A stretch of 34,860 nucleotides of DNA, taken from contig JAENXB010000001.1 in NCBI GenBank assembly GCA_016649785.1, positions 1 to 34,860 on the forward strand, given 5' to 3'. The stretch is from Flavobacteriaceae bacterium (lineage in GTDB: Bacteria; Bacteroidota; Bacteroidia; Flavobacteriales; Flavobacteriaceae). Below are positions 8,272 through 17,555 of this stretch, piece after piece. The notes under the pieces are model-generated. The model searched no databases. It had not been told where the DNA came from and saw only the letters and a program-made list of their open reading frames with translations. The translations under genes and the position numbers were made by a program. Each line of letters starts with the position of its first letter. The stretch's first letter is position 1.

Positions 8272-9399
8272 TATTTTTTCTGAAAGTGCCTTTTCATAAA
8301 GAGCTTCATATAAAGGCACAATTTTGTGTACATCAAAAATTTTGGCCCGGTTCCAGGCATTCATTTTAAAGCGTTGCAGGGTTTCTTCATTTTCCAGAAT
8401 AGAAATTCCGAAATTCGCCATTTCTTCCACATTTCCAAGATCGCTTAAATATCCGGAAACCCCGTGTATATTCAATTCCGGTATTCCCCCGCTGTTAGAG
8501 GAAATAACAGGAACACCGTTAGCCATTGCTTCCAGCGCGGCAAGACCAAAGCTCTCTTTTTCTGACGGAAGAAGGAAAAGATCCGAAAAACAAAGAATTT
8601 CATCTACTTCATTGCTTTGACCCAGGAAAACCACTTTATCTTCAATCCCTAATTCCATCACCAAATTTTCGGCCATTTCTTTTTCAGGACCATCTCCAAC
8701 CATGATCAGTTTGGATTTTACCTTTTTCTGAATACTATCAAAAATATTGATTACATCTGCAATACGCTTAACAGGCCTGAAATTGCTCACATGCGAGATT
8801 ATTTTTTCATCCGGATGAGCCAATAGGGAACGTTCGCAATCGGTATATTTTTTTTGATATTTTGAAGTATCTATAAAATTGGGCACCACATAAATTTCTT
8901 TGGTGATCTTAAAGGAACTCAACGTATCTTCTTTTAAACTTTGGGAAACCGAGGTTACCACATTGCTGTTATTGATACTGAAGGTAACGGCAGGTTTATA
9001 AAAAGGATGATTTCCAACCAAGGTAATATCGGTTCCATGAAGGGTTGTCACCATAGGAATAAAAATTCCTTCCTCCTCCAGCATTTTTTTGGCCATATAA
9101 CCGGCGTATGCGTGGGGAATAGCGTAATGCACATGTAAAACCTCGATTTTATAAAGTTTTACCATATTTACCAGTTTACTGCTGAGCGCCAGTTCGTAGG
9201 GCTGGTAATGGAACAGTGGATATTCAGGAACATTTACTTCGTGAAAATGAATATTTCCGGTTAATTGTTCCAGCTTTACTGGATGTTTGTAGGTTATAAA
9301 ATGAATTTCATGTCCGCGATTTGAAAGCTCCATGCCCAACTCTGTTGCAACTACACCGCTTCCCCCAAAGGTTGGGTAACATACTATGGCTATTTTCAT
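8263..9399 (-). CDS. bshA: N-acetyl-alpha-D-glucosaminyl L-malate synthase BshA (GT4)
   Basis: MKIAIVCYPTFGGSGVVATELG, LHVHYAIPHA, TTLHGTDITLVG, SNFRPVKR, ESFGLAALEAMA. Start placed at ATG 9399 rather than the upstream TTG at 9441. Confidence 0.93.
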   Translation of the reverse strand: MKIAIVCYPTFGGSGVVATELGMELSNRGHEIHFITYKHPVKLEQLTGNIHFHEVNVPEYPLFHYQPYELALSSKLVNMVKLYKIEVLHVHYAIPHAYAGYMAKKMLEEEGIFIPMVTTLHGTDITLVGNHPFYKPAVTFSINNSNVVTSVSQSLKEDTLSSFKITKEIYVVPNFIDTSKYQKKYTDCERSLLAHPDEKIISHVSNFRPVKRIADVINIFDSIQKKVKSKLIMVGDGPEKEMAENLVMELGIEDKVVFLGQSNEVDEILCFSDLFLLPSEKESFGLAALEAMANGVPVISSNSGGIPELNIHGVSGYLSDLGNVEEMANFGISILENEETLQRFKMNAWNRAKIFDVHKIVPLYEALYEKALSEKINS

Positions 9400-9474
9400 A
9401 TATTTTACTGTTTTGCCGACATTTTGAGACTCTCGCTTCAAAACCTGCTGGCTTTTTTAAATGATACTTATGGG

Positions 9475-12399
9475 CTAAAAATCTATAGATTCGTAAATGA
9501 TGCTTTGAATTTTTGAACGGATATCCTCTCTTATCAAACTTCGGTTATCCACATCGGGATTGATCCTGTTGGATAAAAATACATAAACAATTTCTTCCTC
9601 AGGATCTGCCCAGGTAAAAGTTCCCGTAAACCCGCTATGACCAAAACTTGACAATGATGCACAGCCGCAGGTGGGCCCGGCCGTACCGAGTTGGGGTTTG
9701 TCGAAACCAACTCCCCTCCTTACATTTTCTTCACAATAATAACAGGTGTTGAATTTGTCCAATGTTTTTTGATCAAGATAACGTTTCCCTCCATAAGTTC
9801 CTCCGTTTAAATACATCTGCATGATTTTGGCTACATCATTGGCATTGCTGAACAATCCTGCATGTCCTCCAATTCCTCCCTGCATTGCCGCGCCCTGATC
9901 GTGAACATGACCGTGGACCAATTGCCTTCGCCATAATTTATCGTTTTCAGTGGGGACAATTTGTGCCAGTTTAAATTTTTCCATTGGCAAATAGGTGGTA
10001 TAATTGGCGCCTAATGGTTTGTAAAAATGCTCCTGGGTTAAATTTGCCATGGAGGAACTATAATAATCTTCCAGATAATATTTCATGATATAAAATGGCA
10101 GGTCACTGTATTTATAACCAATATTTGGTTCTAAATTACTGTCCCTGATAATACTCATAATAGAATCCCCTATATCGTTCCTAATGTACATTTTCTCCGC
10201 TACCACAGTGCTAAAGCCAACTGTGGAAGAATCCCGATAATATTTAACCGATGGGCGTTTTGTAGCTTTGTCAATTGTAGGCACATAAAACGGCAACCAG
10301 GGGTTTAACCTGGCATAATGCATTAACATATTCTGTAAACTAATGTCTGCCTTATTTGAATTTTTGAAGAATGGCATAAAATCACCCAATTTTGAATTAA
10401 AATTCAATGCTCCATTTTCTTCCAGCTCCATAATTAACGGAAGGCTTGCCAATATTTTGGTAAGTGAAGCCAGATCATATAAGGAAGAATCGGTTACCGC
10501 AATTTCTTTTTCATAGGTATGAAAACCGGCATTGCGCTGGTAGATCACTTTTCCTTTTCGAGCCACTAATACTTGCAAACCCGGGGTCATTTCCCCTTCT
10601 AAAGCGACATTTATAACCGAATCTATTTTTTGTAGTTTCCGCGAATTCATACCCACCGATTCCGGAATTCCGTAAGATAACTTTTCCAAGGCTTTTGTGT
10701 TATAGCCGGTGCCCACCGGGAAGTTGTTCCCAAGGCTTACCGGCAATCTTCCTTTTGCCTCCAGGGCACCAAAAATAATTTGCGCTGATTTTTCCTGGGC
10801 AACCGCAGAGTTCTGGTAACTTACTACTATTCCCTCCAGGTTACTGCTGGATTTTAAATCCAACAACGCGTAAGGCCTTGTAAAAACATCAAGTACGGTA
10901 ATATTGTTTCTGGCAATTTCCTGGATCCAGGTGAGTTCGTCTTTACTGAATTTATAACTTGCCCAGGGAGAGGCGTTCGATTTGTGAAAACCCAGGATCA
11001 CATAATTATACGCCTTCAGTTTTTCCAGCAATTCATCGAGTTTCGAAGCCTTCACCCAATCAACTTCGGCATATTTGGAAAGTTGTTTCAGAAAAGGGGC
11101 GCCATCAGCATCCCCAAAATTCACATAAGCTATTTTTTTTGTTTCCAAATTTTTAACCGGGAGGATCCCGTTGTTATTCTTTATGAGCGTAATGGAATTT
11201 TCAATTAATTTATCATAAAGCACAAGGTCACTGATGGTATTGAGATCTTCGACTAAATTGGATTTAGCCACGGGTTTATAATTGTTTAACCCGGCTTTAT
11301 ATTTGGCAAAAAGAATTTTCCTTACAGAATAAGCCAACCGTTCTTCGGAAATTACGCCCGATTTGTATGCCTCAATTATTAATGCGGAAGCTTTTGGCAT
11401 ATCATCTGAACCCAGCAAAATATCATTTCCGGCAAGAAAAGCAGCTAATTCAATATCACCCGGATCCTTATAATTTGTGATGCCCTTCATTTTAAGGCCA
11501 TCTGTAAAAATGAGTCCTTTAAAATCCAGTTTCCCCTTTAATAGCTCTGTTACGATTGTTTTTGATAAGGAAGAAGGCAAATCCAGTTGTTCCTCCATGC
11601 TTGGAATATTCAGGTGGGCCACCATAACACTTGACACCCCTTCCTGGATCAATTTTTTGAACGGATAAAGTTCTATACTGTCAATTCTGGCTTTTGAAAA
11701 AGAGATGGTGGGCAGGGTTTTGTGGGAATCGGTTTGGGTATCGCCATGGCCGGGGAAATGTTTGGCATTCGATAAAATTCCTTCACTTTGCATGCCTTTC
11801 ATGAATGCCAGGGCTTTCTGGGTGACGTTAACTTTCTTCTCGCCAAATGAACGGTTCCCAATAATTGGATTATCAGAATTGGTATTGATATCAACAACCG
11901 GAGAAAAATTAACATGTACCCCTAAACGTTTGGAATTACGTGAAATAGCGGCTCCAGCTTCTTCAATAAGTTGAAGGTTTTGAATTGCGCCCAAAGTCAT
12001 GTTCCAGGGCAGGGAAAAGGTGGAATCCAGCCTCATGGCCAATCCCCATTCGGCATCCATTCCTATTAATAAAGGAGTTTTGGAGAGTGCCTGATATTCG
12101 TTGTTTAATTTTGCCTGTTGCTGTGGCCCTCCCCTGGAAAAAATAATTCCCCCAACATATTGATCCCTGATAAGATCCTTTATTTTATCGGTTTTAACCA
12201 GGGATTGGTTGGAAAAAATATCGACCATAAACAATTGGCCCACCTTTTCCTCCAAACTCATATTGCTGTACAAGCTATCTACCCAAATGCGCTGCTCAGC
12301 ATAATCAATAGATATCAGAGGATTTGATTGCTGGGCAAAAATAGGGGCGGAAACTGCAAGCAAGAAAAATGTAACTAAATAAAGCTGAAAAAACTTCAT
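9475..12399 (-). CDS. Secreted GH3 beta-N-acetylglucosaminidase fused to a beta-lactamase-family serine hydrolase
   Basis: Signal peptide ending FA/Q; NagZ motifs DAEWG, PVVD, RSFG, KHFPGHGDTQTDSH, FTDGL; C-terminal SxxK (ASLTK), YSD, GHAGLFS, HSGFTG, LSNR. Confidence 0.92.
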   Translation of the reverse strand: MKFFQLYLVTFFLLAVSAPIFAQQSNPLISIDYAEQRIWVDSLYSNMSLEEKVGQLFMVDIFSNQSLVKTDKIKDLIRDQYVGGIIFSRGGPQQQAKLNNEYQALSKTPLLIGMDAEWGLAMRLDSTFSLPWNMTLGAIQNLQLIEEAGAAISRNSKRLGVHVNFSPVVDINTNSDNPIIGNRSFGEKKVNVTQKALAFMKGMQSEGILSNAKHFPGHGDTQTDSHKTLPTISFSKARIDSIELYPFKKLIQEGVSSVMVAHLNIPSMEEQLDLPSSLSKTIVTELLKGKLDFKGLIFTDGLKMKGITNYKDPGDIELAAFLAGNDILLGSDDMPKASALIIEAYKSGVISEERLAYSVRKILFAKYKAGLNNYKPVAKSNLVEDLNTISDLVLYDKLIENSITLIKNNNGILPVKNLETKKIAYVNFGDADGAPFLKQLSKYAEVDWVKASKLDELLEKLKAYNYVILGFHKSNASPWASYKFSKDELTWIQEIARNNITVLDVFTRPYALLDLKSSSNLEGIVVSYQNSAVAQEKSAQIIFGALEAKGRLPVSLGNNFPVGTGYNTKALEKLSYGIPESVGMNSRKLQKIDSVINVALEGEMTPGLQVLVARKGKVIYQRNAGFHTYEKEIAVTDSSLYDLASLTKILASLPLIMELEENGALNFNSKLGDFMPFFKNSNKADISLQNMLMHYARLNPWLPFYVPTIDKATKRPSVKYYRDSSTVGFSTVVAEKMYIRNDIGDSIMSIIRDSNLEPNIGYKYSDLPFYIMKYYLEDYYSSSMANLTQEHFYKPLGANYTTYLPMEKFKLAQIVPTENDKLWRRQLVHGHVHDQGAAMQGGIGGHAGLFSNANDVAKIMQMYLNGGTYGGKRYLDQKTLDKFNTCYYCEENVRRGVGFDKPQLGTAGPTCGCASLSSFGHSGFTGTFTWADPEEEIVYVFLSNRINPDVDNRSLIREDIRSKIQSIIYESIDF

Positions 12400-12406
12400 T
12401 TAGGTT

Positions 12407-12892
12407 TTACTTTAAAAAACGGTTGTGCCAGCTTTCTGAAGCGGGAACTTCCCAATCTGAAAGATATTCAGCCTTAGTGTTTACCAAATTATTAAATACA
12501 ATGGTATTCGGAGAAACCGCTTTCTCTTTTGCCATTTTTCTGAAATCGATAAGATTTTTATACGCAATGAATTCTCCCTGTTTATAACTCACATTCATTT
12601 TATCCAATAATTCTACATTATACTGTTTTTCAAGTTGTTGAATAAAATGAACTGAAGCGTCTATTGAACATCCGCTTGCCATATTCAATTCCTGATCAAG
12701 GCCAAAAATTATAAAACGTTTGTATCGAATTTCGAATGAAGCTTTTAAATCGGATCCATGCACGGTCCATTGGGTAATAAAATCTTCTGATTGAGTTGTT
12801 ATTTCCTGAAGTTCCTGATCTGAAAAAGATCGGTTGGCCTGATAGATCCAAACCTTGGATGAATCGGGTAAATTTTCGAAAGGTATTAGCAT
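12407..12892 (-). CDS. Conserved Bacteroidota protein of unknown function (family often labelled 'ABC transporter ATPase')
   Basis: 161-aa ORF, SKVWIYQ, W..HG, ASGCSID, VFNN motifs recognised; no Walker A motif visible; 7 bp upstream of the GH3 gene. Confidence 0.8.
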   Translation of the reverse strand: MLIPFENLPDSSKVWIYQANRSFSDQELQEITTQSEDFITQWTVHGSDLKASFEIRYKRFIIFGLDQELNMASGCSIDASVHFIQQLEKQYNVELLDKMNVSYKQGEFIAYKNLIDFRKMAKEKAVSPNTIVFNNLVNTKAEYLSDWEVPASESWHNRFLK

Positions 12893-12915
12893 TTTTTTTG
12901 TGGATTTTAATTTTA

Positions 12916-12947
12916 CAAAGCTACTTTATTAAAGGTATAGCTTCAAA
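12916..12947 (-). promoter_or_regulatory. Consensus Bacteroidota housekeeping promoter (-33/-7)
   Basis: Minus strand TTTG (12947-12944), 20 nt, TAGCTTTG (12923-12916); 23 nt upstream of the ATG at 12892. Confidence 0.75.
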
Positions 12948-13008
12948 GATAGTACCATTTAATTAGGAAGTTTAACGTATTAAAAACTGTTCAGCAAATA
13001 GCCTGTTT

Positions 13009-13800
13009 TTATAATTCTTCAGCGTTGGCAATCATCTCAGCCACATCCATAACCTGAATTTTTCCTTCCTGATCCTTACCTTTAACGCCATCTGTCATCA
13101 TTGTCATACAAAATGGGCAACCCGCAGCTATAATTTCAGGCTCTACTTCCATTGCCTGTTCAGTGCGTTCAATATTTACATCTTTGTTTCCAGATTCAGG
13201 TTCTTTAAACATTTGTCCGCCGCCGGCACCGCAACAAAGTCCTTCACTCTTACATTTCCGCATTTCTAAAAGCTCAACTTCAAGTTTTCTTAATAATTCC
13301 CTGGGAGCTTCATATTCGTTGTTTGCACGTCCTAAATAGCAGGGATCGTGAAAGGTGATGCGTTTGCCTTTAAACTTTCCGCCTTCAACTTTTAACCGTC
13401 CTTCATCCAATAAGGATTTCAGGAAAGTGGTGTGGTGCATCACTTCATAATTTCCGCCCAATTCCGGATATTCATTTTTTATTGTATTAAAGCAATGAGG
13501 GCATGCAGTTACTATTTTTTTGATTTCATAGGCATTTAGCACTTCAATATTGGTAACGGCCTGCATTTGGAAAAGAAATTCGTTTCCTGCACGTTTGGCC
13601 GGATCCTCCGTGCAACTTTCTTCGGTGCCCAATACCGCGAAATCCACCTTGGCTTTTTGTAAAAGGCGCACAAATGCCTTTGTGATTTTTTTTGCACGAT
13701 CGTCAAAACTTCCCATACAACCCACCCAAAATAAAACTTCAGGTTTTTTGCCTTCTGCCATATATTCGGCCATTGTTGGAACTTTTATTGCTTCTGCCAT
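13009..13800 (-). CDS. Fe-S-binding protein with two CCG domains (FadF/HdrD C-terminal-like)
   Basis: LFWVGC, ESCT.DP, TACPHC, FHDPCYLGR, CCGAGGG, GCPFC. Confidence 0.9.
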   Translation of the reverse strand: MAEAIKVPTMAEYMAEGKKPEVLFWVGCMGSFDDRAKKITKAFVRLLQKAKVDFAVLGTEESCTEDPAKRAGNEFLFQMQAVTNIEVLNAYEIKKIVTACPHCFNTIKNEYPELGGNYEVMHHTTFLKSLLDEGRLKVEGGKFKGKRITFHDPCYLGRANNEYEAPRELLRKLEVELLEMRKCKSEGLCCGAGGGQMFKEPESGNKDVNIERTEQAMEVEPEIIAAGCPFCMTMMTDGVKGKDQEGKIQVMDVAEMIANAEEL

Positions 13801-13973
13801 TTTATTGTTCTTTAAAAACGTGTTTTATTTTTTTCTGAAACCAAATTACAAACTTCCTTTTGTGAGGTAGCTGTTCCCAGCAGATTGTCCTCTATTCAAT
13901 TAAAATGGGAGTTATAAAAATCCCATTAAAAAGGCAAGCTGTTCAAAAATGGTATCCTCAAACTTGAATATCT

Positions 13974-15314
13974 CTAATTTTCTTCTGCCCAATTCAACCT
14001 ATCCATCTGGTTATAAGGCCAGGGAGCTCCGTTGTTCTCAATATTGGTCATCGCTATGGCCAGATCTTTAGGCGCCGCGCTTTGCTCCATCACCAAATAA
14101 CGCCGCATATCCACAATTATGGATAAGGGATCTATTCCTACCGGACAAGCTTCCACACAGGCATTGCAAGTAGTACAAGCCCAAAGTTCTTCCCTTAGAA
14201 TATAATCATCCAGCAATTGTTTCCCGTCATTTTCAAACTTGCCTTTTTTATTGATGATCTCACCAACTTCCTCAAGACGGTCCCGCGTATCCATCATGAT
14301 CTTACGTGGAGAGAGCTTTTTCCCCGTTTGATTTGCCGGGCACTCTGCTGTGCACCTTCCGCATTCGGTGCAGGTATAAGCATTTAACAACTGGATCTGG
14401 TTGAGATCCATCACATCTGAAGCTCCAAATTTTTCAGGTACTTCGTTTTCCGCAGCTTCTGCCGGAGCAGCATAAGGATTGGCATTGGGATCCATCATCA
14501 ATTTTACCTCGTTGGTCACCGATTCCAAATTATCTAATTTCCCTTTTGGGGTCAACTTCGCGTAATAGACATTTGGGAATGCCAGTAAAATATGTAAATG
14601 CTTGGAATAATATAAATAGTTTAAGAAGATCAAAATTCCGATAATGTGCAGCCACCAGGAAGATCTTTCAACAATAATGAGACTTGCATTGCTAAATCCT
14701 TCAAACCAGGGCAAAAATACCTGGCTTATTGGAAAAGCCCCGGCAATTCCTGCTTCCTGGGCATAATGGGCTGCTCCATTAAGTTGTAATTGATGATCGG
14801 CGGCATTCATTATTAAGAACAATGACATTAAAACCATCTCAAAATATAAAATGTTCAATGCATCATTTTTAGGCCAGCTTGTCATTTCTTTATTCCAGAA
14901 GCGCGGAATTTGTAAAATCATTCTGCGTATCCAAAAAACAACTACAGAAACCAAGACCAGGATTGCGAGAATTTCAAAGGATCCGATTAGAAAACTATAT
15001 AAACCTCCTAAAAATGAAAGAATTCGGTGAGTGCCAAAAATCCCGTCGATCATTATCTCGAGAACTTCAATATTTATTATAATAAAACCCAGATAAACGA
15101 TTACGTGTAATACCCCTGCGATAGGTTTTTTTACCATTTTGGATTGTCCAATGGCAATTCGTGCCATTTGGCCCCAGCGTTCATTTGGGTGATCGTTTCG
15201 GTCTACTTTTCGCCCGACTTTGATGTTTCGAATAATCCGGCGAATATTTCTGGTAAAAAAGGCAATTCCGCCAATAAGCACTAATAGAAAAACAATCTGG
15301 GTAATAAATTGCAT
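13974..15314 (-). CDS. Membrane-bound Fe-S oxidoreductase subunit (NarI-like membrane domain plus 2x[4Fe-4S]; FadF N-terminal-like)
   Basis: Several hydrophobic helices with His residues (AGVLH, WWLH, SKHLH), CTECGRCTAECP and CTTCNACVEACP. Confidence 0.9.
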   Translation of the reverse strand: MQFITQIVFLLVLIGGIAFFTRNIRRIIRNIKVGRKVDRNDHPNERWGQMARIAIGQSKMVKKPIAGVLHVIVYLGFIIINIEVLEIMIDGIFGTHRILSFLGGLYSFLIGSFEILAILVLVSVVVFWIRRMILQIPRFWNKEMTSWPKNDALNILYFEMVLMSLFLIMNAADHQLQLNGAAHYAQEAGIAGAFPISQVFLPWFEGFSNASLIIVERSSWWLHIIGILIFLNYLYYSKHLHILLAFPNVYYAKLTPKGKLDNLESVTNEVKLMMDPNANPYAAPAEAAENEVPEKFGASDVMDLNQIQLLNAYTCTECGRCTAECPANQTGKKLSPRKIMMDTRDRLEEVGEIINKKGKFENDGKQLLDDYILREELWACTTCNACVEACPVGIDPLSIIVDMRRYLVMEQSAAPKDLAIAMTNIENNGAPWPYNQMDRLNWAEEN

Positions 15315-15320
15315 ACGTTC

Positions 15321-16271
15321 TTATTTTAAAGAATCCTTTGGAGCTTCATAGGATCCGGTATTTTTTCCGAATACAGAGAAGTGAACATATCTTTTAGGAT
15401 TCAATTTTATGTCTTGTACGAGTTGTTCCATTTGTTTTGTGGCGCGATCCAGATTATCATAAACCTTGTCATCTGTCAACAGTTTTCCTGCAGTTCCTTG
15501 ACCGGAGCTCAAATTATTCGATATTTTTTCAAAATCGGCAATTACCTTTTCCAAATCATTGGTCATTCCCTTAATATTCACCTGGGCCAGAGTATCTGAG
15601 AATTTGTTAAAATTTTCAGACATTTCATCAAGATTGGTAAAGGTTTCATCCAGCTTGGCCGAATTGCCTTCAACAATTCCTTTTAAAGACTCTGCGGTAG
15701 TTTTAAAGGATTTTACCGTTTCAGCCAAATCATCAAAAGAAGCGGCGATATTATTTCTGGTTTCCGGATTTAAGACTTCGTTAAATGCCGTTAGTAAGGA
15801 ATCGGCATTCACAATTACCCTTTCTACTTTAACCTGCAAAGGGGTAAGTCTTTCATTTACCAGTTCCATTATCCCTTCTTCTATATCACCGGGCAGGGTA
15901 TCGCCCGTTTTGGCCATTACTTTAGAATTGTAATCGGGAACAATGGCAAGGGATTTTCCGCCAATGAGTCCACCACCGTAAATTTGGGCCAGGCTGTTTT
16001 TGGAAAATTTAAAATCGCTGTCTACTGTAAATGTCGCTAGAAGCAACCCGGTTTCATTTAAAAAATCTATTTTTTGGATTTGGCCTACCTTAAGACCATT
16101 GATGGTTACAGGCGAGGATTGTGATAAACCTTCCACATCAGAATATATGGCATAAAAAATTCGACTTGAATCTAAGAGATTTTTACCTTTGAGAAAACTG
16201 TATCCAAATATGAGTATTAATATAGCAACAATTGCCAGAATGCCCGTTTTTACCTCTTTAGTATATTTCAA
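15321..16271 (-). CDS. MlaD/MCE family protein
   Basis: EVKTG plus N-terminal TM anchor, MCE motifs (VEGL...SPVTINGLKVGQI, GLIGGK), long helical tail ending DIKLNPKRYVHFSVFG; TTG start. Confidence 0.9.
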   Translation of the reverse strand: MKYTKEVKTGILAIVAILILIFGYSFLKGKNLLDSSRIFYAIYSDVEGLSQSSPVTINGLKVGQIQKIDFLNETGLLLATFTVDSDFKFSKNSLAQIYGGGLIGGKSLAIVPDYNSKVMAKTGDTLPGDIEEGIMELVNERLTPLQVKVERVIVNADSLLTAFNEVLNPETRNNIAASFDDLAETVKSFKTTAESLKGIVEGNSAKLDETFTNLDEMSENFNKFSDTLAQVNIKGMTNDLEKVIADFEKISNNLSSGQGTAGKLLTDDKVYDNLDRATKQMEQLVQDIKLNPKRYVHFSVFGKNTGSYEAPKDSLK

Positions 16272-16295
16272 AAGTATTTAATTTTAGAATATGAG

Positions 16296-16303
16296 CAAAT
16301 TTA
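16296..16303 (-). promoter_or_regulatory. Internal -7 promoter element for mlaD-like gene
   Basis: TAAATTTG on minus strand, 24 nt upstream of the TTG start. Confidence 0.5.
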
Positions 16304-16326
16304 AATATAAAAATATTAAAGTACCC

Positions 16327-17442
16327 CTATTTAGCCTGAGATTTTAACGCCTCATTAACGGTAATCTTTTTGCCTTCCTTAAAAGCCACCAAATAACTTC
16401 CGGTATAACCTTTATTTTTTGCATTCTCGTGAAGCTTTTGTATTTGGGAATAACTGGAGGTAGCACCAAAGTAGTATTTATACAATTTCCCTTCCTTTTC
16501 CCTAAAAACAGGATTCAGACCTTTAAAATTAGAAGATTTTGGTTCTATTTTTCTGGAACTTGCAGAGAGTTGTACCTTAAAGGTTACATCTATAAAGGTA
16601 TCATCAAATTCCTTTTCGGCAACAACTTTAACCGGAGTTTCTTCTCCTAAATTATCCAGAACCGCAAGATTTATATTGTGACTGTAGTCCATTACTGCGT
16701 CTACAATGGCTCCCGCCATTTTTGATTGTCCTGTATTGCTGTTTAAAAATGGCCCTTCGTTGGAATTGGTAAGAAACCCTGTTTCTATTAAAACGCTGGG
16801 CATATAGGTTTGATGGAGCACAAGAAATCCCGCTTGTTTTACGCCCCTGTCATTCCTGCTTAAATCGTTGGTGAATTTTTTCTGAACAAAATCTGCCAGA
16901 AGTATGCTTTGATCCAGGTATTCTTCCTGCATAATCATCATGCCAATATAAGATTCCGGAGAATTGGGGTCGAAACCATCATAGGTAACTTCATAATTCT
17001 CTTCCAGAAAAATTACAGAATTTTCCTTTTTTGCAACTTCAAAGTTGGATTGGTTTTTATGAAGCCCCAACACAAAGGTCTCTGTGCCATAAGCCTGAGA
17101 ACTATGCGCGTTGCAATGTACCGAAATAAAAAGATCGGCTTTGGCGTCATTGGCAATTTTAGCGCGCTGATCAAGCGGAATGAACACGTCTGTATCCCGG
17201 GTATAAATGACCTTGATATTAGGATTTTTTTCCAATTCCTGCCCAATCTTTAAAACAATGCTCAATGCAATATCTTTTTCATGAAATCCTCCTCCCCGGT
17301 TTCCGGGATCTTTTCCGCCATGACCTGCATCCAGGACCACTATAAATTTAGATTTAATTGGTTCCGGTTTTAAAGGAGTTGAGGCCATTAATACAAATCC
17401 GGTAAATACTAATACGAGGAGTTTAAGGAGGGATGTTTTCAT
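16327..17442 (-). CDS. N-acetylmuramoyl-L-alanine amidase (Amidase_3) with C-terminal SPOR-like region
   Basis: LDAGHGGKDPG, EK, FISVHCN, PSVLIETGF Zn/catalytic motifs; N-terminal signal peptide. Confidence 0.93.
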   Translation of the reverse strand: MKTSLLKLLVLVFTGFVLMASTPLKPEPIKSKFIVVLDAGHGGKDPGNRGGGFHEKDIALSIVLKIGQELEKNPNIKVIYTRDTDVFIPLDQRAKIANDAKADLFISVHCNAHSSQAYGTETFVLGLHKNQSNFEVAKKENSVIFLEENYEVTYDGFDPNSPESYIGMMIMQEEYLDQSILLADFVQKKFTNDLSRNDRGVKQAGFLVLHQTYMPSVLIETGFLTNSNEGPFLNSNTGQSKMAGAIVDAVMDYSHNINLAVLDNLGEETPVKVVAEKEFDDTFIDVTFKVQLSASSRKIEPKSSNFKGLNPVFREKEGKLYKYYFGATSSYSQIQKLHENAKNKGYTGSYLVAFKEGKKITVNEALKSQAK

Positions 17443-17524
17443 AAATAATTTAACGATATATTAGGACAATTATTTTAATGGTTTATTTTTTTAAAATCCC
17501 AAAAGGAAGCTAAAAAAATATATG

Positions 17525-17532
17525 TAATTTTG
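17525..17532 (+). promoter_or_regulatory. -7 promoter element for lptD
   Basis: TAATTTTG exact match to TAnnTTTG upstream of the lptD TTG start candidates. Confidence 0.55.
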
Positions 17533-17555
17533 ACTATTCAATAAGCAAGCCATTC

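Noticed and set aside
9400-9441. 14-aa N-terminal extension of BshA from an upstream TTG
   Set aside because: Family N-terminus begins at MKIAIVCYP (ATG 9399).
9475-10700. Beta-lactamase resistance gene
   Set aside because: The SxxK domain is fused to a GH3 enzyme in a housekeeping context; nothing supports a resistance role.
13904-13927. AATGGGA-N10-TCCCATT hairpin between the two Fe-S genes
   Set aside because: Only 7 bp with a large loop and a poor U-tract; too weak to call a terminator or attenuator.
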